Source: a virus
Taxonomy: Duplodnaviria > Caudoviricetes
Strand: one strand, 5' to 3'
DNA length: 64,000 nt
Virus record (IMG/VR): IMGVR_UViG_2912838376_000002
Location: 1-64,000 of that record
Positions 40,658 through 49,782 of the stretch are shown here, one piece after another; the stretch's first letter is position 1, and every line of letters begins with the position of its first letter. The notes beneath the pieces were generated by a model. The model was not told the DNA's origin. It saw only the letters and a program-made list of their open reading frames with translations, and searched no databases. The position numbers and the translations under genes were made by a program.

Positions 40658-41184
40658 TTTATAACACCTCCCGGAAATTTTGTAGCGGCCAAGCTTTGCC
40701 CAATAGGTTCATCAAAAACAATCATCTGACTTCCTCTTGATAATTGTTTTCCTCCTAAGCGTAAATAGAAAGGTATTGTGTCTGTCTTTGAAGTTAAATA
40801 CATGTGTCCGTCGCATCCTTGCTCTATACTATACTGACAAGCAAATGCTACTAGATTGTATCCTACACCTGTATATATTCTATCTTTATTTACGCCATTC
40901 CTTTTTAGACCTCTAACATGATATTTATTACAATCCGCACATTCTGCAGATTTAAGATGTACAGTATACTCAGCCTTATTTACTTTAAGAGCAATAACGC
41001 CCTGAACTTCTCCTGGGTACTCGAATGTTTCCAGGGTAAAAATTTCAAAACCTTCTTCAAGATCTTTTTTAAAATCGAAAACCCACTTAGGAGGAACATA
41101 TTCTCCTGCTTCACTAAGAGCTATTTTACGATAATAGCAATCAGTCCACTTCTTGGTTTTATAGTTGTATATCATTTTTATCAA
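40645..41184 (-). CDS. GNAT-family acetyltransferase
   Basis: EVQGVIAL...YTGVGYNLVAFAC...G..L......FY..LG GNAT motifs; extended -10 TGTTATAAT upstream. Confidence 0.65.
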   Translation of the reverse strand: MIKMIYNYKTKKWTDCYYRKIALSEAGEYVPPKWVFDFKKDLEEGFEIFTLETFEYPGEVQGVIALKVNKAEYTVHLKSAECADCNKYHVRGLKRNGVNKDRIYTGVGYNLVAFACQYSIEQGCDGHMYLTSKTDTIPFYLRLGGKQLSRGSQMIVFDEPIGQSLAATKFPGGVIKWLN

Positions 41185-41241
41185 TTCTCTTTCTAGTATT
41201 GTCTTTATATTATAACATAGATTGGAATTATTTTGGGCTAT

Positions 41242-41529
41242 TTACCAGTTGTGCGTGGGCAAATCATCAATTACTTCAATATCTCTATCAAGCATAAGCC
41301 AAGAACATCCTTTTCCCATTGCGTATCCAATTATGAATACTAATGACTCTGGTAGCACTTTACCTGCAAACATTTCTGGATACAGTGGAATAAACGCTCC
41401 ATATTCACCTTTTTCGTAAACAATAAGCTCCATATCGTTCTCTTTTGTTGCCTCAACTTGGCTGTCTAACCATTTAGCCGTTTCGTAAGTAATGTGTGCA
41501 GTAGAAACTTCTAACATTTTTTGAATCAT
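41242..41529 (-). CDS. DUF5983-like protein
   Basis: GGAGG RBS before MIQK; LEVSTAHIT...GC.WL.LD.D...LP...W. Confidence 0.6.
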   Translation of the reverse strand: MIQKMLEVSTAHITYETAKWLDSQVEATKENDMELIVYEKGEYGAFIPLYPEMFAGKVLPESLVFIIGYAMGKGCSWLMLDRDIEVIDDLPTHNW

Positions 41530-41651
41530 ACTTCTTATGCCTCCATCGTCAAATACAAAAAAAGATCCCGAATTAACGGGACCTTTCTTTATAGGGTATT
41601 TCGACTCATTTTTTATTTTAACAATATACACAAAAAATGTATACTTTTCTC

Positions 41652-42104
41652 TTATTCTTCGTCTTCGAAATCACGTAGGTTATCAAGCAACTCTGTAAAT
41701 GTAGAGCAAACAGGGTATATTGCTTTCTCTATATCATCTTCTTCATGATCCCAAAATACGATTGTTGGTGAATCAGGATTGTTTCGATAATCAAAACATA
41801 AAAAATTTCCAAACGAATCACTTGCAAATGGGTATACTCGATCCACCAACCATTCTTTTATATTCTCGTATCTTTGGACAATTGAATATTTATCATCCAT
41901 ATGTAGAGTTAATAGATCATTAAATGTACTTTCATCTTGTCCTGCTATATCAAAAACTTTAGGCTGAGGATATCCTCCGTCATTTTCTTTAACACACTCA
42001 ATAAAATCATTAGGTAATTTAATGTTAAAATACTCTTCTACTTTTTTTATCTCATTATCCGTAATTTCTTTTTTACTTACACCAATCCATGTAATGTTAC
42101 TCAC
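41652..42104 (-). CDS. SMI1/KNR4 (SUKH) immunity protein
   Basis: EIKKVEEYFNIKLPNDF...NDGG; PFASDSFGNFLCFDYR...IVFWDHE. Confidence 0.9.
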   Translation of the reverse strand: MSNITWIGVSKKEITDNEIKKVEEYFNIKLPNDFIECVKENDGGYPQPKVFDIAGQDESTFNDLLTLHMDDKYSIVQRYENIKEWLVDRVYPFASDSFGNFLCFDYRNNPDSPTIVFWDHEEDDIEKAIYPVCSTFTELLDNLRDFEDEE

Positions 42105-42116
42105 GGGTCAACCTCC

Positions 42117-43349
42117 TTATTTTTCACCTTTTTTGCCCCAAATATTATATCCACCAGTATGACCAGTTTTCTCATGCAGGAACGCGTCTACGAGCTGCAT
42201 TCTACCTGTATCCTGATGGTGGTGCCATGTATACGTCTTAGGTTTTTCACCCCTCTTAAATAGTTCAATTTCCTCTGCTGTAAATTTAGCAGCCAATTTT
42301 GGATCTTTTACTATTTGTTCGTATAACAGCTTATTACATATTCTATCATGTGTAGGTCTTGTTTTTTTAAAGTCAGCTTCTTTTAGTTTAACTTCAGCAA
42401 AAGCATCGAAAATAGGGAACCCATCTAAATCATACGGTACACCTGAAACTGGATGCCTATCTCCCGCCAACTCCCCTTTTCTTAATTTGATTGTCTTTGG
42501 ACCATTTTTACCTTCATAAGTATAGGTGACCGCTTTCTGTAAATACTGCTGAGTACTTCCGACTCCCGCATATGAAAGATGGTTCCCACCTTTAAACTCA
42601 TAGTTGTTTAATATATGCAATGCATTTCTGTATGCTGGGGAATTAATTACAAGTGATTTACCTTTAGCAAAACCTGTAACAGCAGCTACCTTCCCTACTT
42701 GTCCTGCTTTACTAAGACCCTTATCACCCAGAAGTCCGAGTCCTAACGTTGTTATACCATAAGCTACATAATGCTCTCTACTTTCCAAATCTCCATTCCA
42801 AAACTTATTCATAAATGTATCTGAGAAAGCGTTCCATGCAGCAGGAATAGTTTCCTCATAGTTTACAATCGCATCTCTCATATTCAGCCAGGTTTCTTTA
42901 TCAGCTAAGGATATTAGTCCTTCCCATGCATCTACTGCACCATCTACAAAACCAGTAGAAATACCAGTCCACGCAGCACTTAAATCCTTTTTATTAAAAA
43001 ATGACTCTTCTGATTTTGGAGGGAGTTTTCCACACATGGCTCCTTCTTGAATATCAGAATCAGCTAGATTCCCGCCATACAGCTCATCGGCTTCTCGGAA
43101 TTTAACAGCTGCACGTTCTAATTCTACTGCAATTTTTTCTAATTCTTGTAGAACATTAAACATCATTGGTTTCGTATCATTAAACATATGGTAGAACCGA
43201 TCACTAGTTGCTCCACTCCATTGAGAAGCAATGTATTCTGTTTGTTTATATAAATCTTTATGTATGTACTCTAGGGTTGATTTCGCATCTCTTACGGTTT
43301 TGGCCGCATTTTCTAATTGCTCTGGCGTTACCTTAATCTGCGTACTCAT
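42117..43349 (-). CDS. T7SS polymorphic toxin: WXG100 N-terminus plus HNH (WHH-type) nuclease
   Basis: IKVTPEQL...QWSG WXG100; C-terminal GFPIF...YTWHHHQDTGRMQLV...H...GHTGG. Confidence 0.9.
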   Translation of the reverse strand: MSTQIKVTPEQLENAAKTVRDAKSTLEYIHKDLYKQTEYIASQWSGATSDRFYHMFNDTKPMMFNVLQELEKIAVELERAAVKFREADELYGGNLADSDIQEGAMCGKLPPKSEESFFNKKDLSAAWTGISTGFVDGAVDAWEGLISLADKETWLNMRDAIVNYEETIPAAWNAFSDTFMNKFWNGDLESREHYVAYGITTLGLGLLGDKGLSKAGQVGKVAAVTGFAKGKSLVINSPAYRNALHILNNYEFKGGNHLSYAGVGSTQQYLQKAVTYTYEGKNGPKTIKLRKGELAGDRHPVSGVPYDLDGFPIFDAFAEVKLKEADFKKTRPTHDRICNKLLYEQIVKDPKLAAKFTAEEIELFKRGEKPKTYTWHHHQDTGRMQLVDAFLHEKTGHTGGYNIWGKKGEK

Positions 43350-43468
43350 TCCATCCCTTCTTTTCTTGTATATTAAGAAAATTATAACATATTGTTCATT
43401 TATGTTACTTGGGTTTTGAGTATCAACATATAAAAACTTTTACTATAAAAAACAAAAAGGACCGCTCA

Positions 43469-44230
43469 TTAAAGAGCAAGTCCTTGTTTATTGATGTCCA
43501 TTAACATCTTATTGATTTTGTCATAATCAGCTTTTGCAGGAAGCTCCGATTTTTCAAAGGCTGCAGCTAATTCATTGTCATACATTTCAACCATTTCTAA
43601 TGCTTCTTCGAAAGTGTATTTTCCATTACGACAATCTAATAGCAATTCACGATTAGGACGATATGTACTGTAATCACCGGTCTCCAAGATCTCTGTTGCA
43701 CTTGTTAGTAATCTGATACTGTGCATAAAGAACTTTGTATCGTAGCCATGAGCATCGATTAAGTCGCGTCTGCCTGTTCCGTTTGAGTTCTTGTTCTTTA
43801 GTTTTTGGATTTGTGAATTTGCATATCCACCGAATCGATACTTGATGTTTTTAGATAAGAACAAGTGACGGTTATCGATTAAGATTTGTCCTAGTGGAGT
43901 AACCTTGATGTAATCCTCAGGACGAACAAATAGGATCTCGATGTTATTAGGTACGCTTTGCATAGCATCTCTAACAAATTTGTTTACATGAATGATGTTC
44001 ACATCTACATCGTCTTTCGTATTTCTGAAGTTTTTACCACCTGATGTATTGTACTCATTAAATGAATCCAAACCTAAGTAATACTCAACTGGTGGGATAC
44101 ATACACCCTTGTAGTCCTTATCTGATGTATCTGTATTTGTTCCATAGGCATAACTACCTGTAGGAGACAAGATGATTGTTCTATCTTCTAACCACGTTAA
44201 ATTGGATTGCTCTAATTTTAAATCTGTCAT
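43469..44230 (-). CDS. Pol-beta-superfamily nucleotidyltransferase (Nuc-transf type)
   Basis: GSYAYGTNTDTSDKDYKG; GYDTKFFMHSIRLL. Confidence 0.85.
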   Translation of the reverse strand: MTDLKLEQSNLTWLEDRTIILSPTGSYAYGTNTDTSDKDYKGVCIPPVEYYLGLDSFNEYNTSGGKNFRNTKDDVDVNIIHVNKFVRDAMQSVPNNIEILFVRPEDYIKVTPLGQILIDNRHLFLSKNIKYRFGGYANSQIQKLKNKNSNGTGRRDLIDAHGYDTKFFMHSIRLLTSATEILETGDYSTYRPNRELLLDCRNGKYTFEEALEMVEMYDNELAAAFEKSELPAKADYDKINKMLMDINKQGLAL

Positions 44231-44481
44231 TTTGAAGCCCCCTTCATTCTTTTAAGTAAATCTATTCTACCAGTAAGGATATTTAATCCATGATGGCTCA
44301 GATGTGGAATTACATCATGAAGAGTCATTAACATGATTTCCTCATATTTCGGATGATTAACAATTGTATCATCCATGTACGTCTTCTGTAACTCTTTTAT
44401 AGCTTCCTCTTTTCTCTGTAATGAAAGAGAACCGCAGCACTGTCTAAATCCTGGGTTTCTATCACTTCCACAAACACACAT
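44227..44481 (-). CDS. Small protein with a SEC-C-like Cys motif
   Basis: CVCGS...FRQCC at the N-terminus. Confidence 0.6.
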   Translation of the reverse strand: MCVCGSDRNPGFRQCCGSLSLQRKEEAIKELQKTYMDDTIVNHPKYEEIMLMTLHDVIPHLSHHGLNILTGRIDLLKRMKGASK

Positions 44482-44482
44482 A

Positions 44483-44800
44483 CTAAGCTACCTCCTTTAA
44501 GGAATGTTGCTCCTTAATTTGTTCTGCAATAGCTGAAGCAACAGCTGCAACATGAATACATTCCATATATAAATCGTCTGCATCTGTATCTTTCACACTA
44601 GCTAATCCTAATTCACTTTGAGCAGCTTGGCATACTTCTCCAAACTCTTCTCCTAAGATAGATAGCCATGTACCAATAGGGTGTCGTTGAATACCCCACT
44701 TTTCATTTTGACGAAGACGTTCTTGATATACTTCTTCATTTACACTATCCATTAATTTTTCATTTTCAGTCACTTGAATCACCTTCCTCATAAAGAACAT
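44483..44800 (-). CDS. MazG-like nucleotide pyrophosphohydrolase
   Basis: ERLRQNEKWG...ILGEEFGEVCQA...ECIHVAAVA. Confidence 0.75.
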   Translation of the reverse strand: MFFMRKVIQVTENEKLMDSVNEEVYQERLRQNEKWGIQRHPIGTWLSILGEEFGEVCQAAQSELGLASVKDTDADDLYMECIHVAAVASAIAEQIKEQHSLKEVA

Positions 44801-45071
44801 CCAGTAACTTACGGATCTTCTCTTCTAACTCTTCGTCTTCTTCATCAAACCATATATGTCTTTTCCACTCTAAATCGGATAAGATTTCTTTCTTTGTTTG
44901 AAAAGTATACTCAGTAGTTACTATTAGTTCAGCATTTTTAAATACTGCCGTTACATCAAAACTAGAACCAATAAACCAATTCAATAGGCTTACAACATCA
45001 TCGTTATATTCCTTTGTACGGAAGATACTTAATGATTCATAACTTTTAAGAATAACTATGTAAGAATCCAT
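44766..45071 (-). CDS. Hypothetical protein
   Basis: Purine-rich RBS before MDSYIV at 45071. Confidence 0.6.
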   Translation of the reverse strand: MDSYIVILKSYESLSIFRTKEYNDDVVSLLNWFIGSSFDVTAVFKNAELIVTTEYTFQTKKEILSDLEWKRHIWFDEEDEELEEKIRKLLDVLYEEGDSSD

Positions 45072-45085
45072 TCCCCTTCCCCCTC

Positions 45086-45241
45086 TTACTGTTCTTTTGG
45101 ACAATTTCCACAGTTGCAGTTTCTTCTAGCATTCAGGTAATTGTGCCATCGTTGCTCCGCCATTCCTGGTGGTGGTTGACCGAATAGATATTTCTTCGCT
45201 TCTACTACTAAACATTTCTTTTCAATTGGTCTTGTTTCCAT
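45086..45241 (-). CDS. 51-aa Cys-rich protein (not in ORF track)
   Basis: METRPIEKKCLVVEAKKYLFGQPPPGMAEQRWHNYLNARRNCNCGNCPKEQ; AGGAG RBS. Confidence 0.55.
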   Translation of the reverse strand: METRPIEKKCLVVEAKKYLFGQPPPGMAEQRWHNYLNARRNCNCGNCPKEQ

Positions 45242-45339
45242 ATCCCTACTCCTACTACTTCTTCATTTCATCTATCGTAAGCACTTCATAAGAAACGTCA
45301 ATAGGCAAAATAAAAAGAGTCCCATCAGAGACCCATTGT

Positions 45340-45603
45340 TTATTTTTTGTCTTGTTTAAGTGGTATTACAGGAATTGAAAATACTGCTTTTAATACAGGG
45401 AATATTGTTCCTAATATAATAGCAGGGATATCTATAATTGCCCACAAAATGTGGTATAGCTTAATGCTCTTTGCCCCGTAACCAACAGTAGCCAATTTAA
45501 GCCCACTATTGAAAATCCAAAATGCTCTAACCACTACATAAATTGAGTAGATACCAAGCAAGGCAAATTGCCACCAAGTTAACTCTGTAATTAATGCGCT
45601 CAT
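45340..45603 (-). CDS. Membrane protein
   Basis: GGAGG RBS; two hydrophobic segments. Confidence 0.65.
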   Translation of the reverse strand: MSALITELTWWQFALLGIYSIYVVVRAFWIFNSGLKLATVGYGAKSIKLYHILWAIIDIPAIILGTIFPVLKAVFSIPVIPLKQDKK

Positions 45604-45650
45604 TACGTTACCTCCATTTATTAAAAAGAGCCCAAAATAGGGCTCTCACT

Positions 45651-45836
45651 CTACCAGAATATAGCTACTGCAGCAGCATCTACAAATCCCCAAAATAAGA
45701 AGAACATGATACCGATGATTCCAATGAACATTCGAATCCAGTTTCTATTTTCTAAATGGTAAACTGTAAAAGCTAAACTACCTACGAACCCAAAAGCTGA
45801 AACAACTAATAGGCACATAGCACTAATTAACATCAT
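45651..45836 (-). CDS. Two-TM membrane protein
   Basis: ATGA overlap with the redoxin gene; hydrophobic. Confidence 0.6.
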   Translation of the reverse strand: MMLISAMCLLVVSAFGFVGSLAFTVYHLENRNWIRMFIGIIGIMFFLFWGFVDAAAVAIFW

Positions 45837-46084
45837 TGTGCACCTTGGTACAGGTCAATAATTTCTCCTAGCTGGCCAGGATTAAAACCAGTTGTACGCA
45901 TAACTTCTTTGTCGCCGTTTTTAAGAATGACAACAGGAACTGACATTAAAACATCATGCTCTACCGCTTTTCCAGGGTCTGCTTCTACATCTACAGAAGT
46001 AAAAGCTACGTCTTCGTCACGTAAGAAATTTTCAACCATATTGCAAGGGTTACATCCCTTTTTACCAAACTTAATAATTTCCAT
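45833..46084 (-). CDS. Thioredoxin/NrdH-like redoxin
   Basis: GCNPC active site and cis-Pro SVP; downstream of nrdF. Confidence 0.85.
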   Translation of the reverse strand: MEIIKFGKKGCNPCNMVENFLRDEDVAFTSVDVEADPGKAVEHDVLMSVPVVILKNGDKEVMRTTGFNPGQLGEIIDLYQGAQ

Positions 46085-46116
46085 TTCAAATACCGTCCTT
46101 TATCTTGATGTTTTAA

Positions 46117-47153
46117 TTAAGCTGCATATGATGGAAGGCCTTCAAACACAAAATCTTCGTCTCGTACTTCTTCAACGTTAATGGCTTTTACATATCCATT
46201 TCCTTTAACAGAGAAGAAATCATGTTGTTTCGTTTTTGTTTGTAGTCCATTTTGAACGATTGGATTTACATACTCATCATCAAAGTATTGGTCATATCCT
46301 AAATTCATCATTGCTTTATTTGCGTTATAACGTAGGAATTTGTTTACTTCTTCGATCATGTCTTGTCCAAGTGGAGCATACACATCATTCGTGTAATCTA
46401 ATTCATTCGCGTATAACACTTCTAATAATTGAATTGCTTCTTTATCTACCTCTTGCTGTTCAGCTTCAGTAAGTTGGTTTTCATAAATCTCTTGAGCAAA
46501 GATACCACCTGTTACCCCGTGAATTGCCTCATCCCTTAAAATTAATGCGATGATTTCACCGGAAGCAGTTAGCTGTCCTTGTCCTGCTAAGAATAGCGGA
46601 TAGAAGAATCCACTGTAGAATAAAAAGCTTTCTAAGAATACTGATGCTACTATAGCCATATATAGTTCTTTTGGATCCACATCAGGTTTTAATAACTTAC
46701 GATAATGACCTGTTATGATATCAGCTTTCTTTTGAAGGAATGGGTTCTCTTCAACCCAATCAAACACCGCATCTACTTCTTCATTTTCACAAAGAGTCAT
46801 GAAAATATGAGAATACGATTTCGCATGGATATCCTCCATCATTGCCATGAAGTTGATAATTGCTTTCTTTTGAGGGTCTTCCATATGCAATGAGACAAGT
46901 GGCATACCATACCCTCTCCACCTTGCTTTGTATCTAATAGCGTTAAACCGCCAAGAACTTTCTTATATACTTCCTTCTGTTCTTTCGGAAGCATGTCCCA
47001 AACGTTCTTATCTTTTGATACAGGTATCTCATTTTCTAGCCAAAACTGTTGGCGCATTTGGTTGTAAATGGACTCGATATATTCTGTATTGTATTTGGTC
47101 CAGTTAACCGCTTTATGTTTCTTTAAATCTACTGATCTAGTACTAATCACCAC
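46117..47153 (-). pseudogene. nrdF: Class Ib ribonucleotide reductase beta subunit, frameshifted by a 5-bp duplication
   Basis: GGLTLLDTKQ, EDIHAKSY, ESFLFYSGF and DEAIHG motifs; duplication CATAC-CATAC at 46903-46912. Confidence 0.9.
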
Positions 47154-47168
47154 TACTACTCCTCTCTC

Positions 47169-49253
47169 TTATACTGCACAAGCAATACATTCTTCTATAG
47201 TTGAATTTGATGTACGTGTATAGTAAAGGCTCTTAAGCCCTTTCTTTTCTGCATAGATGTAATAACGAGCAAGATCTCTTGTCGAAGTACCATTTGTAAC
47301 GTGCAGAATACATGAAATACCTTGGTCTACGTGAGGTTGGATTTCAGCAATTAAATCAATAACTTTCATTTGATCCATCTCATAAGCAGACTTATAAGAG
47401 AAGAATGTTTGTTTTGATAAGTAAGGCATTGGATAGTAAGTAGTCGCTTTATCAGTTGAGCGAGTTTCTACTTTATCAACGATTGGCATTACGCTTGGTG
47501 TAGCGTTCTGTACATATCCTGAGCTTTGATTCGGAGCAATTGCAAGTCTGTAAGAGTGGTATAAACCATCACGTTGAACTTGCTTCATTAGACGTTCCCA
47601 ATCCTCAGTTGTTGGAATCTGAATACCTTCAAATAGCTTCTTAACTTTTTCAGATTGAGGCAAGAATTCAGTTGTTAAATACTTCTCAAAATAAGTACCT
47701 TTTGCATATTCAGATTTTTCGAACCCTTCAAAAGATACTCCTCTTTCTTTAGCAATCTCTGAAGATTTTTCGATAGAGTGATAGTTCAGCATTGCAAAGA
47801 ATACACGAGCAAAGTCTTTTGCATCTTCTGATTCGTATGGAATGAAGTTCTTAGCAAGGAATCCATGAAGGTTCATTGTTCCAAGACCTACTGAGTGTAA
47901 TGTAGCATTCGCTTTCTTAACACCAGGAGCGTTTTCGATATTAGACTTATCTGTAACATCTGTTAACATTTCCATACCAGTATGCACAGCTTCTTTTACA
48001 TCCTTATTCTCCATTACATTTACAATGTTTAATGAACCTAATACACAAGAAATGTCATTCTTAATCCAGTCCGCGATATTGTAATCGTTAATTACGCTTG
48101 TCTCCATATACTGAAAAATCTCAGTACAAAGATTAGACATTTTAACGTCGCCTAAATCTTTTAATGGATGTTGTTCATTCGCGTTTGTTTTATTCATAAA
48201 ATAAGGATAGCCAGATTCTAATTGAATCGTTGCGATCTTAACTAACATGTCACGAGCTGTAAGGTCTAACTTGCGTTTACGAACCATAGGGTTTGCTACT
48301 AACTCTTCGTATTTCTCATCTAAATCCATATCATCTAGGTGGACTCCATAAGCTTTATAAACAGTAGCAGGTGCAAATACATACATCTCTTTGTTTTGTT
48401 CAGCTAATTGGAAGAACTTTCTCGGTGTAACTAATCCAATAGATAAAGATTGAATACGTGTCTTCTCATCGGCATTTACTTTTTTTGAATCAAGGAATTC
48501 AATTAAGTCCCAATGGAAGATGTTTAAATAAGCAGCACCAGCACCTGGTCGTTGTCCAAGTTGGTTAATGTAAGAGAATGAATCCTCCATTAACTTCATT
48601 ACCGGTAATACACCACTAGCAGCGTTCTCAATACCTTTAATAGCTTCAGTACGACCACGTAATTTACTTAAGTTAATCGCAATTCCTCCACCAATTTTAG
48701 ATAACTGTTTTGCTACTGATAAGTTGTAGTTAATACTATTTAATGAGTCATCCATTTCTAATAGGAAGCAACTAACTAATTCCCCAGCACGAGCTTTACC
48801 AGAATTTAAATATGTTGGTGTAGCCGGTTGGTAATTTTGCTTCATAATTTGGTTCACATAACGTAGTGCTTTCTTTGCATTACCTGACGCTAAGTATAAA
48901 GCTACAATTGCAGCACGATCTTCATAATCTTCTAAGTAGATTTTCTTATCGTCTGAACGTAATGAGTAGTCCTTGTAGAACTTTGTAGCAGCCATATAGG
49001 ATTGGAATTCAAACTTATGAGCATAAGCAGCTTCATAAATACGTTCAACTTCTTCCTCCGTATATTCTCCAAACACATTGTAGTAATAATTGTGTTCGAT
49101 AAGGTACTTGATTTTGTCTAGTATCGAAGCAAACTCTAATTGCTTTGTTTTTACTTCGGCAAGGAATACCGCTAGGGCTTCTTTGTCTTTTGCAAGTTGA
49201 TAGAATCCATCCTTTAAGATCCCAACTTCATTGTTTAATGCAACGTGAGACAT
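47169..49253 (-). CDS. nrdE: Class Ib ribonucleotide reductase alpha subunit
   Basis: QPATPTYLNSG, LVSCFLL, SNLCTE, KSLYY and C-terminal CIAC. Confidence 0.95.
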   Translation of the reverse strand: MSHVALNNEVGILKDGFYQLAKDKEALAVFLAEVKTKQLEFASILDKIKYLIEHNYYYNVFGEYTEEEVERIYEAAYAHKFEFQSYMAATKFYKDYSLRSDDKKIYLEDYEDRAAIVALYLASGNAKKALRYVNQIMKQNYQPATPTYLNSGKARAGELVSCFLLEMDDSLNSINYNLSVAKQLSKIGGGIAINLSKLRGRTEAIKGIENAASGVLPVMKLMEDSFSYINQLGQRPGAGAAYLNIFHWDLIEFLDSKKVNADEKTRIQSLSIGLVTPRKFFQLAEQNKEMYVFAPATVYKAYGVHLDDMDLDEKYEELVANPMVRKRKLDLTARDMLVKIATIQLESGYPYFMNKTNANEQHPLKDLGDVKMSNLCTEIFQYMETSVINDYNIADWIKNDISCVLGSLNIVNVMENKDVKEAVHTGMEMLTDVTDKSNIENAPGVKKANATLHSVGLGTMNLHGFLAKNFIPYESEDAKDFARVFFAMLNYHSIEKSSEIAKERGVSFEGFEKSEYAKGTYFEKYLTTEFLPQSEKVKKLFEGIQIPTTEDWERLMKQVQRDGLYHSYRLAIAPNQSSGYVQNATPSVMPIVDKVETRSTDKATTYYPMPYLSKQTFFSYKSAYEMDQMKVIDLIAEIQPHVDQGISCILHVTNGTSTRDLARYYIYAEKKGLKSLYYTRTSNSTIEECIACAV

Positions 49254-49597
49254 AGTTCTTCTATCCTTTCTTTGGTTATTTGTATATCTTTTCTTGTCCC
49301 GCTTAACTCAAATTGATGAATGAGCGGTACGTGATATTGCTCTGAAATAACTCTTCCTGCAGCTGCGAAGTGTTCACCCCAGTTGCGGTTACCACTACTA
49401 GCAACTCCTTGTAAGAATGAATTATTGGCTTGTAGAAATGACTGTGTAGTTTCTGGAACTTGACCGAATCCTGATGTATAAGTAATCAAGATGAAAGGCT
49501 GTTCCATAACTAAGTCGGGTGTAATTTGTACAGCTGGCATACCGAGTTTCTTAATGAACCTCTTTACGTTTCCAGTCTTGCTGTCAAATACAATCAT
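49235..49597 (-). CDS. nrdI: Flavodoxin-like NrdI
   Basis: FDSKTGNVKRF; SSGNRNWG; FELSG. Confidence 0.95.
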   Translation of the reverse strand: MIVFDSKTGNVKRFIKKLGMPAVQITPDLVMEQPFILITYTSGFGQVPETTQSFLQANNSFLQGVASSGNRNWGEHFAAAGRVISEQYHVPLIHQFELSGTRKDIQITKERIEELCLTLH

Positions 49598-49697
49598 GTG
49601 CATCACACCTTTTTTGAAACTTTTTAAAATACAACCATTTGATTTCTAAAAGTCAATTCGAGATATGGCCTATTTTTTAGATTTTCATATGGGCATA

Positions 49698-49713
49698 GCC
49701 CTACATATAGATT
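49698..49713. promoter_or_regulatory. NrdR-box-like site
   Basis: GCCCTACATATAGATT has the CTACATATAG core; upstream of nrdI; no convincing second box. Confidence 0.4.
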
Positions 49714-49782
49714 TCTAAAAATCGAACATTCATTCTTGATTCAGGAAAAAATGAGATATAAAATAGAAGTGAGGTGAAAATA

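Noticed and set aside
43383-43410. TATAACATATTGTTCATTTATGTTA, partly Ter-like and dif-like
   Set aside because: Spacing is wrong for dif, the Ter match is weak, and it overlaps the toxin gene's extended -10
46117-47153. Metal-free class Ie RNR or programmed frameshift
   Set aside because: All D/E/H ligands are present, and the break is a 5-bp duplication with no slippery sequence
49712-49741. TTTCTAAAAAT...TTCTTGA upstream of the XerS-like gene as a difSL site or SOS box
   Set aside because: Arm spacing is 2 bp too long, and CGAACATTCATTCT is a poor LexA/DinR match
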